Positions 25,655 through 38,100 of a stretch of 64,000 bases of DNA are shown here, piece after piece. Each line of letters begins with the position of its first letter. Positions within the stretch are counted from its first letter, which is position 1. The notes under the pieces were generated by a model, which searched no databases, had not been told where the DNA came from, and saw nothing but the letters and a program-made list of their open reading frames with translations. A program made the translations under genes and the position numbers. Source of the DNA: Isurus oxyrinchus (taxonomy: Eukaryota); NCBI GenBank assembly GCA_026770705.1, contig JANJGN010000121.1:682001-746000 (forward strand). The letters are read 5' to 3'.

Positions 25655-26245
25655 AATCGAGGGATTGAGTACAAACACAGGGAGGTTATGCTGAACATTT
25701 ATAAAGCTCTGGTTAGGTCACAACTAGAGTATTGTGTCCAGTTCTGGTCTCCTCACTTTGGGAAGGAAGTGAGGGTCCTTGAGAGGGTGGGGAGGAGATT
25801 GAGCAGAATGGGTCCAGGGATGAGGGATTTTAGCTACAAGGTTGGGTTGGAGAAGCTGGGGTTGTTCTCCTTGGAGCAAAGGAGATTGAGGGGGGATCTG
25901 ATCGAGGTGTACAAGATGATGATGGGTTTAGATCAGGCAGACAAAGAGAAGCTGTTGCCATTAGCTGATGGTACAAGGACTGGGGGACACAGATTGAAGG
26001 TTTTGGGCAGAGGGGGGATGTGAGGAGGAACTTTTTTACACAGCGATTGGTAATGAGCTGGAATTCGCTGCCTACGAGGATGGTGGAAGCAGAGACGATG
26101 AACGATTTCAAACGGAAATTGGATGGACACTTGAGGGGAAATAAACTTGAAGGGATACGGGGATAGAGCGGGGGAATGCGACTGACTGGATTGCTTTACA
26201 GAGAGACAGAATGGACTCAATGGGCTGAATGCCGTCCTTCTGTTC
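25655..26245 (+). mobile_element. CR1 LINE 3' fragment in the 3' UTR of unit C (mirror 46565-47155)
   Basis: 'RGIEYKHREVMLNIYKALVRSQLEYCVQFWSP...RRLRGDLIEVYK'. Confidence 0.9.
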
Positions 26246-26273
26246 CATGATGAGATTGTTGCTGTACAAAGCT

Positions 26274-26413
26274 TTAAACAGTCTGTCGACTTCCTTTCAC
26301 TGTTTGTCTCTCCCAGACACAGACTCCAGCGATAGTGATAACCACAGCCACAAGGAATATCACAGCTCGTATTCCCAGGATCAGGATCACGTGCAGAATC
26401 TCTCCTCCACTGT
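26274..26413 (-). pseudogene. Unit C activating-type TM/short-tail exon (SGGEILHVILILGIRAVIFLVAVVITIAGVCVWERQTVKGSRQTV*); frame intact but upstream exons are broken
   Basis: Inverted copy of 46398-46537; acceptor is caag instead of ctag. Confidence 0.8.
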
Positions 26414-28088
26414 CTTGAGAACACACAGAAAGAAATCATCACTGACTCTCCGCTTTCAATCTCTCACTCTGGCTGAACATTCAAGCTTCATATCACTGCA
26501 ACATTTGCTGTAATATTGACCCATCCACTGGGATTCAATGTGGAATGAATGTTTTCATTGTAAACACTCTAAGAGTGGACAATCGGAACTTTCCCCTTAG
26601 CGTGGAACATTGGTGAGAATGGATCATTGTGCTGTTGGACTCCCTGTCCAATGTTTCTCTCCATCGCTGTGTACAGGATTGTGCTGTAGAAAATTCTGGA
26701 AACGTTTAGTGCAGGGTGGAAATCCATCTCGGACGCGTGTGTGATTCGGGCAGGATCGAGATGGACTCCCCCACGGACATACACCCCCCGCTTAATAAAC
26801 AGCTCCAATCTTTACCCAGAGAGAGGGGAGAATGTGGAACTCGCTCCCACTGGGAGTGGTTGAGGTGAACAGTATCGATGTATTTAAGGGGCAGGAGGGT
26901 CGGTAACCAGAGGGACACAGATTGACGAACCGGAGGGGGAGATGAGGAGAATTTGTTTTGACAGAGCGAGTTGTTGTGATCTGGAAGGTGCTGCCTGAAA
27001 TGGCGGTGGAAGCAGATTCAATAGGAACTTTCAAAAGGGAAATTGGATAAACACTTGAAGGAGGAAGTTGGGGGCAAGGTGGAGTGGTGGTTAGTGGATC
27101 TGATTGGATAGATCATTGAAAGACCTGGCACAGGCACAATGAGCTGAATTGCCTCCTCCTGTGCTGTATTATTCTCCGCTTCCATGATCTCTCCCCCAGT
27201 CAGTAACCACTCCAGTTCCCTCTTGAAGGTGACAGAGAAGCAGCAACCACCACACCCACTGACAGCACATTCCCGAGGATCCCTACTCTCTGGGAAAAGA
27301 TGAGCTCCCCAACATCCAGCCTATTCCTGCTTCCCAGAGCGTGTAAACCCTTCAGGGAGGCGCTGAGGAAGTTTTCAATAAAATGAGTTATCAAATCTAC
27401 TGTTTGAGAAATAATTGAATTCCGATGAACTCACAGCTTGTGGAGCGAACTGGGAAGTGGAGTTGCTTGAAAAGCTGGGAGACACAAGGATTAAGTGCTA
27501 CAACGCCACCACTGGTGGAAGGCTGTAACTACAGTGTGATGTTTACATAGGCAGTCATCATTATAAACAGGGGCATTGGACATACTGGGAAATATGTGCA
27601 CGGAAATAGTGAGAACAAGATGTAAGCTTTTCACCAGCAAGAATTCTCGTACTAAACCTCTTCACCTCTCTTTTACTCTCAGATACACAAAAAAAATCAC
27701 AGAATCAGATAAGGAGGAATTGGGACTAGTTCTTTGTCAAAGGGTTAGGTTTCAGGTAGCTCCTTAAAGGGAGAGAGAGAGAGTTGGAGAAGCAGATAGT
27801 ATCTACGAGTGCCTCTATGCATCTGAGTGTTTGTACGAGTAATTTCCATATTCTTCCATAAATATGAATGGGAACACAAATCCCAGAATTCAGCCCACTC
27901 TCCAGGGCAGTACTGAGGGAGGTCAGGTAACCCATGAGGGAGTCTTGTGCTAGTGTGTTTGTTTGTGAGTGTGTCTTTGTGTGTGGTCATATATGTGTGT
28001 CTACACGTGTCTATTTAGGTCTGTATGTTTGAGGGTGTTTGTGTAGTGTTCGAATCTGTGAGAGATGTTGAAGTCTGTGTACACTCAC

Positions 28089-28240
28089 GTTCCACAGTGA
28101 TGGTTATGAACCCCTCCACTGCTCCATGTTCATTCTCTGCCACACACTGATAGTGTCCAGTGTCCCTGGATGTAACGTGAGGAATCACCAACCACAGCTC
28201 ATTGTTGGAACTTGTTCCGATCATTGGAACATTAAGATCT
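28089..28240 (-). pseudogene. Unit C 3' half of the second C2 exon; 5' half and acceptor replaced
   Basis: 'SSNNELWLVIPHVTSRDTGHYQCVAENEHG...TVE' matches only the 3' half of 44411-44692. Confidence 0.85.
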
Positions 28241-28564
28241 CAGGGCAGGAATCAAGAAGCCCGTTTGCACGATTACCAACAGAAAGTGAACAACAATTTA
28301 TACTTAATGGGAAGAGAGTGCTGATTGGTTGGCAAGTGGTCTCTGATAGGAGGAGGTGTTGCCATGGAAAATACTGTGTGTGAGATGAAAAGTTTAGACA
28401 GCTTGTCCCTTCATTCAGCAATAATCAGATAAATATCAATTAAATTATATCGACTGTGAAGCACTTTGAGAGGACTGAGAATGTAGATACTGAGAACGGG
28501 CTGCACTGTCAGAGGGTCAGCGCTGAGGGAGTGCTGATGCAGAATGAAGGATGTCGGTACTTAC

Positions 28565-28861
28565 CTTGCACAGTTAGTACGAGGGTCCGCTCCGATGAAA
28601 CAGATGGATATCTCACTCTGCAGCTGAGAGTGTGTCCGTGGTGTTTGAGTGATGGGACCAGGGTCAGAACAGAAGTATAGGTCAGAGTGACACCATGCTG
28701 AGTTACAGTGTTTGAGACTGATCCAGGTACGTCAGTGGGAGTTTCCCAGGTTTAGACAGGTGCTGCTGTTCCATTGCACATTGTGTTGAAGGTGCAGCTT
28801 ACATCCACACGCTTTCCTGCAATAATTTCAGCAGGGAATATCATGGGTTTATCTGTGAAAT
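28565..28861 (-). pseudogene. Unit C first C2 exon with in-frame stop (TTA>TAA at 28752-28754)
   Basis: CCT GTC TAA ACC TGG versus CCT GTC TTA ACC TGG in the paralogs. Confidence 0.88.
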
Positions 28862-29720
28862 CTAACAGACAGAGAATGGATCCTTTTAGAGAAATATAAC
28901 GTGAAGCATCAGTTCAAATAGAAACCACAGTCCCACAAGAGAAAGCACTTTTACAAGGATGATATCAGAACTGAGAGGTTACAATGATCAGGAAAGATTT
29001 TCTTGCTCTTTGGCAGTAGTGTTTCTGTCTCTCAGCTTAATACACGTTCACTCCGAGACATGTGAATTGAGAACACTGGATGAGAGAAGAGGCTCAGACC
29101 AGAGATTGGAGTTAAAAGCAGAATACTGTGGATGCTGGAAATCTGAAACAAAAACAAAAATTGCTGGAAAGACTCAGCAGGTCTGACAGTATCAGTGGAG
29201 AGGAAGACAGGGTTAACGTTTCGAGTCTGTATGACTCTTCATCAGACCAGAGGTTTGAGTTCACTGGCTTCTCATTTCCTCAGTGATCTGGGTGATTTAT
29301 TACATTGTGGTTTGTTGGATCTTGCTGTGCACAAACTGCCTGCTGTGTTTAACATCTGTGACTACAATTCAGGAATAATTTCATTGGCTGTGAAGGGATT
29401 TGGATCCTCCTGAGGTGGTAAATTGCGTTGCAGAAATGCACATCTTTCTTTTATCGATACGTCAGACTTTCAAACAGGACAGGAGAGATTGATGGGAGTG
29501 GATAACCTGATAATACAGTTAATGCTTTTCATCATTGATATTAAAGTGAGTATTAGCGGTTGCTTTAGGACTGAACTGGAAGCTATCACCAGGTTATTGA
29601 GAATCAGACAGTGTGTTATAATAAGCTGTGTTTTGTGTTAATATGTAAACGTCACAGTTTGTGTTATTTCCCATTGAGTGTTGAATGTGAATTGTTGAGT
29701 AATTATAACACAGCACTTAC

Positions 29721-30096
29721 CAGAAACGTGAAGCTGGGTTACAGGATAATAGTTGTATCTATTCCTGTTGTCAAATTCTATTCTGAAAAAAATAAGGTCC
29801 TGCATCTTCCCGTCTGATGTTGTTTATAATCAGGGAACAGTCGCCATCTTTCAGGTCTCCAGACAGCCGGGTACGATGGCGGAATCTTTGATCCCTGTGA
29901 CTGTGACCCTCGGAATGAAAGGCTATAGACCATTTAGGCTGTGGGTTCCCATCTCTTCCTTTCAACCAGATTCCAACACGTGATCTCCCTACGAAATGTG
30001 ATGATTAACTGTAATGACATGGAATCTGTACACACGAACCTTCCTGCGCTGCCACCTCTCATGGAGTGTCGCCTTTCCACTCTTGTGACAGTCCAA
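29721..30096 (-). pseudogene. Unit C V-set pseudo-exon with TGA (30059-30061), TAA (30005-30007) and a +1 frameshift in the T-run before the essential Arg
   Basis: Manual translation against the five intact V exons. Confidence 0.9.
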
Positions 30097-30693
30097 CTGG
30101 GGAGAGAAATGTCAATATTTAACTCTGGATGGTTTATAGATCCACTAGACTTGATATCCACTCCCTCCATCACTGGGGCACAGTGGCTGCAGTGTGGACC
30201 ATCTACAGGACACACAAGGAACTCCCGAAGTTTTCACAATGGATGGAAGAGATTCCTGGACACAGGAGTGGACAAGTTCATTCTACATTGGCTCATGGTC
30301 CTCAGGACCCTGTTTAGTGAAGCCAGTCTTCCACCCAACACAGTGTCTACAAGATACACAGGGAAACTGTGTAAACATCTCAACTCTCTACACTGACTGG
30401 TGGAGCTTCAGTTTAACTTTCAGTATTTTTAAATTTCCATATTGTGGTTGCTATGGTGAAACTGTACAGGAAGTGTGAAGGCTGGACTCTCTGTCTATTC
30501 TCACTGCAGCTGTGATGTGGTCGTGGTGATTCTCAGTAAAATGAAACCCTCTGATCTCCTACATCCCGAGGTTTAGGGAGTGAATTCCAGAGCTCAGGCC
30601 CCAGGCAGCTGAAGGCCCGGCCGCCAGTATTGGAGTGATGGGAATCGGGGGATGGTCAAGAGGCCGGAATTGGAGTAACACAGAGATCTGGGA

Positions 30694-30907
30694 CAAAAAC
30701 AGAATTACCTGGAAAAACTCAGCAGGTCTGGCAGCATCGGCGGAGAAGAAAAGAGTTGACGTTTCGAGTCCTCATGACCCTTCGACAGAAGGACTCGAAA
30801 CGTCAACTCTTTTCTTCTCCGCCGATGCTGCCAGACCTGCTGAGTTTTTCCAGGTAATTCTGTTTTTGTTTTGGATTTCCAGCATCCGCAGTTTTCTTTG
30901 TTTTCAT
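30694..30907. mobile_element. Palindromic Penelope-like/MITE-like insertion with a 15-bp flanking direct repeat (cacagagatctggga)
   Basis: ~77-bp inverted arms; direct repeats at 30679-30693 and 30908-30922; empty site in the paralog near 50350-50370. Confidence 0.75.
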
Positions 30908-31026
30908 CACAGAGATCTGGGAAGTTGTTTGGTTGAGTTGCAGGAGGTTTCAGAGATTAAGAGATAAGAATGATCTTTTACAAAGACTGTTAAACATAAA
31001 TCTGTCTGAGCTGATGATGATATTAC

Positions 31027-31066
31027 CTTGGAAAAGTGACAAGAGGACGTAAGATTTCCCGATCAT
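31027..31066 (-). pseudogene. Unit C signal-peptide exon (MIGKSYVLLSLFQ); exon 31027-31106
   Basis: Homology to the other leader exons; splice sites intact. Confidence 0.8.
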
Positions 31067-31486
31067 CGTCCACTCCCAGATATTCCATCCACTTCTCACT
31101 CTCAAGCTGTGAAAGAGAAAGGAGTTAATGAGACCTCACCTCTTGTCCGACAGCTCTCGAGAGATCAGAACTGCTTTTAGACAATGTCTAAAATTAGAAA
31201 TGGATTAGAAATGAATTAGAAAGGGTGGATGTGTCACTGTGAGACAAAATGAGGAAGTTGGATCAAAGTGACAGAGCAGCTCATGTTTTGAGATGTTGGT
31301 GAACTGTTACCCGTTTGTGTCCTGACCCTGTGATGATATTTCTGCTCACAGGTGGACAGTCATTGACCAGGAGTTTTTCCTGTGGGTCAATGGTTTTCAC
31401 AGCCAAATTCAGGGGGTCAGAATGTTGCGGGATTCAAGACCCCATTCAGGGGACGTCTGCCCCACAGAGTAGACTGAAATTCCCCA

Positions 31487-31795
31487 GTGTCAGTACTGAG
31501 CAAGTGCTGCACTGTCGGATGGTCATTACTGAGCGAGTGTTGCACTATTGTAAGGTCAGTACTGAGGGAGATCTCCACTGTTTGAGGGTCAGTACTGAGG
31601 GAGTGCTGCACTATCAGAGGCACATTAATCAGGGAGTGCTGCAATGTTGGAGGATCAGTACTGAGGGAGTGCTGCACTGTTGGAGGGTCAGTACTGAGGG
31701 AGTGCTGCACTGTCAGAGGGACATTAATCAGGAAGTGCTGCACTGTTGGAGGATCAGTACTGAGGGAGTGCCGCACTGTTGAAGGGTCAGTATTA
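31487..31795 (-). repeat. 33-bp satellite array
   Basis: ~9 units. Confidence 0.9.
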
Positions 31796-31934
31796 AGGTG
31801 CTGATTTAGAAGACAGGACAATGGATTAGGAGCCCTCAGAACTCCCCCCGTGATTTCCAATCGATCCGTTACTTACCCAGGACCTGTCCGACTGCTCGCC
31901 TGGAGAGGAACTGCCCACACGCTCTGCTTGGGCT

Positions 31935-32545
31935 GCATGGGCCTCCTCCTGTTCCTGTGTAACAGGCTTGATGGGGCTGAATGGGCCTCCTCCTATTCCT
32001 GTGTAACAGGCTTGAGGGGGCTGAATGGGCCTCCTCCTGTTCCTGTGTTATAGGCTCGAGGGGCTGAGTGGGCCTCCTCCTGTTCCTGTGTTATAGGCTT
32101 GAGGGGCTGAGTGGGCCTCCTCCTGTTGCTGTGTAAAAGGCTAAAGGGGCTGAATGGGTTTCCTATTCCTGTGTAAGAGGGTTGAGAGACTGAATGTGCT
32201 CTTCCTGTTCCTGGATAACAGGCTAAGGTGACTGAATGGCCTCCTCTTGTTCCTGTGTTACAGGCTCTATGGGGCTGAATAGGACTCCTCCTTTTCCTGT
32301 GTAACAGGCTCGAGGGGCTGAGAGTCTCTCCTGTTCCTGTTGAAGGGTGTTGAGAGACTGAATGTCCTCTTCCTGTTCCTGTGTAATAGGCTCATGAGGC
32401 TGATGGGCCTTCTCCTGTTCCTGTGTAACAGGCTCAGGTGCTGAATGGGCCTCCTGCTGTTCCTGTGTATCAGGCCCGAGGGGTCTGAATGGGCCTCCTC
32501 CTGTTCCTGTGTAACAGGCTCAGGTGCTGAATGTCCTCCTCTCAT
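31935..32545 (+). repeat. ~43-45-bp tandem array resembling the CR1 3'-end motif (cctcctcctgttcctgtgtaacaggctcgaggggctgaatggg)
   Basis: ~14 units; unit matches the CR1 tail at 13882-13930. Confidence 0.85.
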
Positions 32546-32549
32546 TAAA

Positions 32550-32765
32550 AATAAATACTGCAGATGCTGTAAATCTGAAATAAAAACGGAAAATGCTGCA
32601 TTAACTCAGCAGGTCTGGCAGCAGCTGTGGAGAGAAAAACAGAGTTTTTGCTTTGAGAATCTGAAAAAGGGTCATACGGACTCGAAATTATTATTCTGTT
32701 TATCTCTGCACAGATGCTGCCAGACCTACTCAGTTTCTCCAGCATTTTCTGTTTTTATTTCAGGT
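32550..32765. mobile_element. Penelope-like palindromic element (related copies 43500-43700; half copies 29115-29250 and 51790-51925)
   Basis: actcagcaggtctggcagca ... tgctgccagacct inverted arms. Confidence 0.6.
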
Positions 32766-33865
32766 ACTCTCTTGTTCCTGTGTAGCAGGCTCGAGGGGGC
32801 TGAAGACCTCCTCCTGTTCCTATTCAATGGGCAGTTAAAGCATGTGTCTGATTTTGGACATCGAACCCAATTCTGTCCTCAGGGCACTGATAGAGGAAAT
32901 GACCAGTTATAGATCAATGCAGGAGGATTATTTATTTTCCCAATCTTTGATCCAAGCATCTCATCAAACACAGAGCGGAACCAGGATCAAGGATGTTGGT
33001 CTCTGTAATCTGTAACACATCACACAGTCCACCAATCCACTCAGCCTTCAGAATGGATGCTAATTGTACTCTCCAAGTGTGAAAGACTAAAATGATGGTT
33101 TATTGGAGCTCTATCTCATTCTGTTATCAAAGCTGTCTCATCCATCCATGATATATTGAAGAAGATAAACCTGCAACCAATTTTTCACATCATAATTTCC
33201 AATGTTCATTGGCTATATCAATGTAAACATGTCACGTTGTACTGATGAACTCCCATCATTGGTGGCACTGTAGCACATGTTATCCTCTAAGCTGCAGAGA
33301 ATTTCTCAAATCTCCAATCAAATTGTATCCCAGATTGTTGTTCGTTTCGCTGTTTAACAATGAAGTGTAAAATCCAAATATATTTCTGAAAATACATTTG
33401 ACTACAAAATGGTGTAAATTTTACCAATCTCCTCTGTTCCAATTATCCACCGATCCTGCATTTCCTGAAGTCTGCACTGGCTGATGAATATTCTGTAAAC
33501 ACTGACAGACAGGAAGGTGAATAACAGAATGAAAATTAACTCATAATCACGGACACGGGATTGAATTTGTCCGTTCTGTCCTGGTACATCATCGAACGAT
33601 ATCTAAAGACATTTACAATCAGAATGGAGAGAAGGATGTTTCCAACAGGGAGGGACAATTCTGAAGGAGGATGTTCAAATTGACACCCACAGACAATCAT
33701 CCTGGATAGATCATTCCGAAGAAATTCCATCAGATTGTAACAAGAGGTTTAAATCTATTTCCTGGGAGTGAGTTCCTGTGGATATTAGGAAGGTAAATTG
33801 GAGTTTTGAATGATTCTCCCGTTCTGTATTCTCCCCACACTGTGTGTGTCTCATTCTTGCTCAGT

Positions 33866-33982
33866 TTATAAATTCCCATAAACAGAATCCTTGGCAAAAT
33901 CACAATTTGCGTAAAGATCATCATCTGTATCAGGATTGACTCCGCGGTTAGATTTCATTTCCAGATCCTTCTCATCTTTCTT
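33866..33982 (-). CDS. Orphan terminal cytoplasmic exon KKDEKDLEMKSNRGVNPDTDDDLYANCDFAKDSVYGNL* with two Tyr motifs and C-terminal ITIM-like SVYGNL
   Basis: tttctgtttctattacag acceptor, phase-0 open frame to TAA, downstream AATAAA at 33099-33104; not in the ORF track. Confidence 0.7.
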   Translation of the reverse strand, partial: KKDEKDLEMKSNRGVNPDTDDDLYANCDFAKDSVYGNL

Positions 33983-34089
33983 CTGTAATAGAAACAGAAA
34001 TGATCAGAGTGACAATCAGAGTGATCAGTGTTTAGTATTATTGATCCAAATCGAAAATTCCACCCACAATACATACATTAATTATTGAT

Positions 34090-37000
34090 ACTGTTGGATG
34101 CTGCTCACGAGTTTGTTGGGACTTATGGATCCAGGCTTGTTTTGGAGAGGCTGAGTAGGTACAATAGACAGAGTAGATCAGCAGACAGTTCTTAGATGAA
34201 ACATATTCTGCTTATTTACAAAGGAACTCAGCAGCTACACTTGTGTGCTTTCAACTCAAGCCCTGTCTCCGCATTACAGGCTCTAACCAAAGGTGACCGA
34301 CTACTGAGGTACCTGCGCCACTCGGCTGTTGGACACTGATATAAGAGTTAAACAGGGACTTCTATTAGTGAAAACCAAAGGTCAGCAGAATTCTCCAGGT
34401 GAACCTTGTGCACCATGGGGCTGACATCAGCAGAACTCTCCAGAAAGGCCTTGAAGATCACGAGGGATTAACTCGAGAAGAGACATAAAGAGATGCTGAG
34501 GGTAAACAGATCAGGTAAAGGCAAACAGCACCAGGCTAGAACGAGATAAACAGTTCTTGCTTGGGTAATGAGCAGATATGTACCTGGGACTGGGAACATC
34601 TGCTTATTATGTGATTATGTACTGACAAGATTTGAATTTAAATAACCCAATGTGTACGTGACTAACACTGTGAACAAAAAAGATGGTTTCCCTGTAATGG
34701 GTAGAGTTCTGTTTTTAGCCAGGCCTGAGGTTGATTCTGAGAACACACCACAACACTGAGCTCATGTTATCTTCCATTGTAACGTTCTTCTTAAAGGTAT
34801 ATCACACATCAGATTACCACCACCCTCCCCCTTTACTCAGAAATACATTTTACACTTACTTTTAAAATTTTCTCAAAGTATCAAATGATTTACACAGATC
34901 AGTAATTTACAAATTCAGTCTTTCTGGGGGGTTTCCTTATGCGTCTGGAACGTCTCAGATCCACAGCTTCAGATGCTTTGTCAGGAGTCTCCTTTTCTGA
35001 TGTTGTCCCAACACCAGCTTCTTCGGTGGACACCTGCAAACCTGTTTCCTCAACTCTTGCAGGTCCAACGGACCCTTCAGACACATCTGTTCTCAGCTGA
35101 GTTCTTTCAACAGGAGACATAGACGCAGCCGTGAAGACTGGTGGGATTGTTTCTTGGTACTTTGTTTCTCTCCTCCTTATATGACCCACATGTCTCCATA
35201 TGACTCGGTCTTCCACTTTCACATGGTGAGAAAGAGTTCCAATCGCTGCATTTATTTCACCCGGTGACCACTTTGGCCCCTCTCTAAAATCCTTCACATA
35301 TACCGTCTCTCCTACGGTCAGCTTCCTGTCATGGCTATGCCAGTCATGTCCAGTTTCCTGTCTTCCTGGACTCCTTTCCACCTTCCCGCTGACATTTAGC
35401 ATGACTGATGTTGCAAATGTGACGTGAGAAAAAACTTTTTCACACAACTAAGTTTTGGGCCTGGAATGCACGGCCTGGAAGTGTTGTGGAGGCAGGTTCA
35501 ATCGAGGCATTCAGGAGGGCATTAGATGATTATTTGGATAGAGAAAAGGTGCAGGGGCATGGGGAAAGGCAGGGCAATGACACTAGGTCATGATGCTCAT
35601 TTGGAGAGCTGGGATAGACACGATGGGCTGAATGGCCTCCTGCTGTGCCATTAAGACTCTGTGATCCTGCAGAGGAGACTCTGAAAGGCAAACCGGTTTA
35701 TTGATACAACCCTTTGTGTGTATTAATTGTGACAAACTTCTGGGAGGCCTTCTCGAACTCCAATTGTTGATAAGCATGGCTCATATCAGCTCCGTGTAGG
35801 CCGTTCCAGTCAATTCTTGTCATCTCCACAAACACTTTGGCCAGGCTCAGGTCCAGGGACTATTGGTGCTGCCCATTCTGAGGGCTGCACAGATTGTATC
35901 ACTCCCAGTTTCTAGAACCTGCCCAATTCAGCATCTGCCTTTTCCCACATTGCATAAGGTACTGGCCGTGCCTTCATAAATCAGAGGGGTAGAGTCTGGA
36001 TCCACATGAATTTTTGCTTGCAGCCCCTGGATCTCCCCGAGTTCATCTTGGAAAACTGAGATGTATTTTTGTAGTAGCTCAGGTAGCCCACTGGCTCTCA
36101 GTTGGAAGATCTCAGACCAATCCAGTTTAATATCTTTCAGCCAGTTTCGTCCAAGGAGGCTTGGTCCCTCACCAGCTCCCATCATCAAGGGTCATTTTAC
36201 TGATTGACTTCCATACTGTATAATAACCCTGCTTATGTCTTTGGCTTGAATGTCTTCTCCCGTGTAAGTTTTCAATTAGTCATCTGTTTCTTCCAAATTT
36301 AATTGACTTTCCCCATGATTCCAGTATTTGAAAGTATGCTCACCAATTAGCGTAATGTTAGCTCCTGTGTCCACCCCCATTCTGAGAGCTCTATCATTCA
36401 CCCTCACTGTTACATAGATTGGCTCTGTTCTTCCTACCTTTAAATTATACAATGAATAACTATCTGAATCTGTTACTTCAGGCTCTTCTATGTTATGGAT
36501 CTCACAGGGTTTTCTCTCTTGGTTGAAACTCTGCCTGATTCTATCCTTGCAATCTCTCATGGGCTCTCTGTTTCGATGACAGTAAAAACAATTGATTTTT
36601 TTAAAGTTCCATTCACTACGATGTTGTCTGCTTCACCTCTGTTCACATTATTCCATGTTTTCTCTGCAAAGTCATTCCTTTTTATTTGCTGCTAGTGGTG
36701 GAGGTTTCCCGCTTCTCATCAGAGCTGTACATTTTCCCGCACTTCTTGGCTGAGGCTCCTCACCCAACATGAGGACGGTGACATTTTGTACTCTCCATAT
36801 GTTTTTCGAGTCCCTCACTGCTCTTTCCATAGCCAGCGCTATTCCCAGCGCCTTCTGAATATCCAAATCTGTTTCAGACAGTAATCTCTTCTGAATCGAA
36901 TCTTCATTTATACTGCACACCAGTCGATCTCTCAGCATATCATTTATAGATTTATCAAACTCACAATGTCCTGTTAACTGTTTCAGACTTTCCACATAAC

Positions 37001-37330
37001 ATGCAACTGCCTCCCCTGGGACTCTATTTCTTGAGTTAAATTTGGACCGTTGCATCGTTACCGAGGGCTGGGGCTGGGAAGGAATCTTCACAAGGTTCAC
37101 TATATCATCTAAACTTTTTGAATCCATGGCACCGGGTGGCATTAAAGTTCGCATCAATCCCTAAGTCTTACTCCCACACGTGGATAAGAGGGTTGCTCGC
37201 CTCTTCTCCTCCCCATCAATGTCTTTCACTTGGAAAAAGAATGCGAGAAGTTCACCATAATGAGACCAATCACCCACCGTTGGGTCGAAAGGATCAACTC
37301 TTCCAAACTACAGCATTCTTTGAGGGGACT
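34090..37330 (-). mobile_element. Decayed Gypsy LTR retrotransposon: gag (36672-37330), protease DTG (~36370), RT start, integrase C-terminus (34900-35390), PPT (34823-34834), probable 3' LTR; nested CR1 tail at ~35420-35650
   Basis: 'CEFDKSINDMLRDRLVCSI..IQKRLLSE', 'GVDTGANITLI', 'SLLGRNWLKDIKLDW', 'RRSRRIRKPP', aaagggggagg PPT. Confidence 0.85.
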
Positions 37331-37499
37331 GCTTCAGTTATTAGGATGGAAATTATATTTATAATCACTGTGCGAGGCACGGCCAGATTTCAATTTGCTT
37401 GCTTTCATTCCTTGCTTTTTCTTCCTTGTTTTTCACCTCATCACCAGTTTATTCAACCCTTGTCACTATTTTAGTTGACCAATGGGTGCGGTTTACATT

Positions 37500-38100
37500 C
37501 CCTCGGTACTGAGCCTGCGACAGTGCAGCATTCCCTTGGTACTTACCCTCCAGCAGTGCAGCACTCCCTCAGTACTGACACTCCGACGGTGCAGCATTCC
37601 CTCGGTACTGACTCTCCAACAGTGCAGCATTCCCTCAGTACTGACCCTCCGAAAGTGCAGCTCTCCCGCAGTACTGACCCTCCGACAGTGCAGCACTCCC
37701 TCAGTACTGACCATCTGACAGTGCAGCTCTGTCTCAGTACTGACCCTCTGACAGTGCAGCACTCCCTCAGTACTGACCCTCTGACAGTGCAGCTCTACCT
37801 CTGTACTGACCCTCTCACAGTGCAGCACTCCCTCAGTACTGACCCTCCAACAGTGCAGTACTCCCTCAGTACTGACCCTCTGACAGTGCAGCACTCCTTC
37901 AGTACTGACGCTCCGATTGTGCAGCACTCCCTCTGTACTGACCCTCTGACAGTGCAGTTCTCTATTAGCACTGACCCTCTGACCTTGCAGCACTCCCTCA
38001 GTACTGACCCTCTGACTATGCAGCACTCCCTCAATACTCACCCTCCAACAGTGCAGCTCTCTCTCAGTACTGACCCTCCGATTGTGCAGGACTCTCAGTC
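37500..38100 (+). repeat. 33-bp satellite array upstream of unit D
   Basis: ~18 units. Confidence 0.92.
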
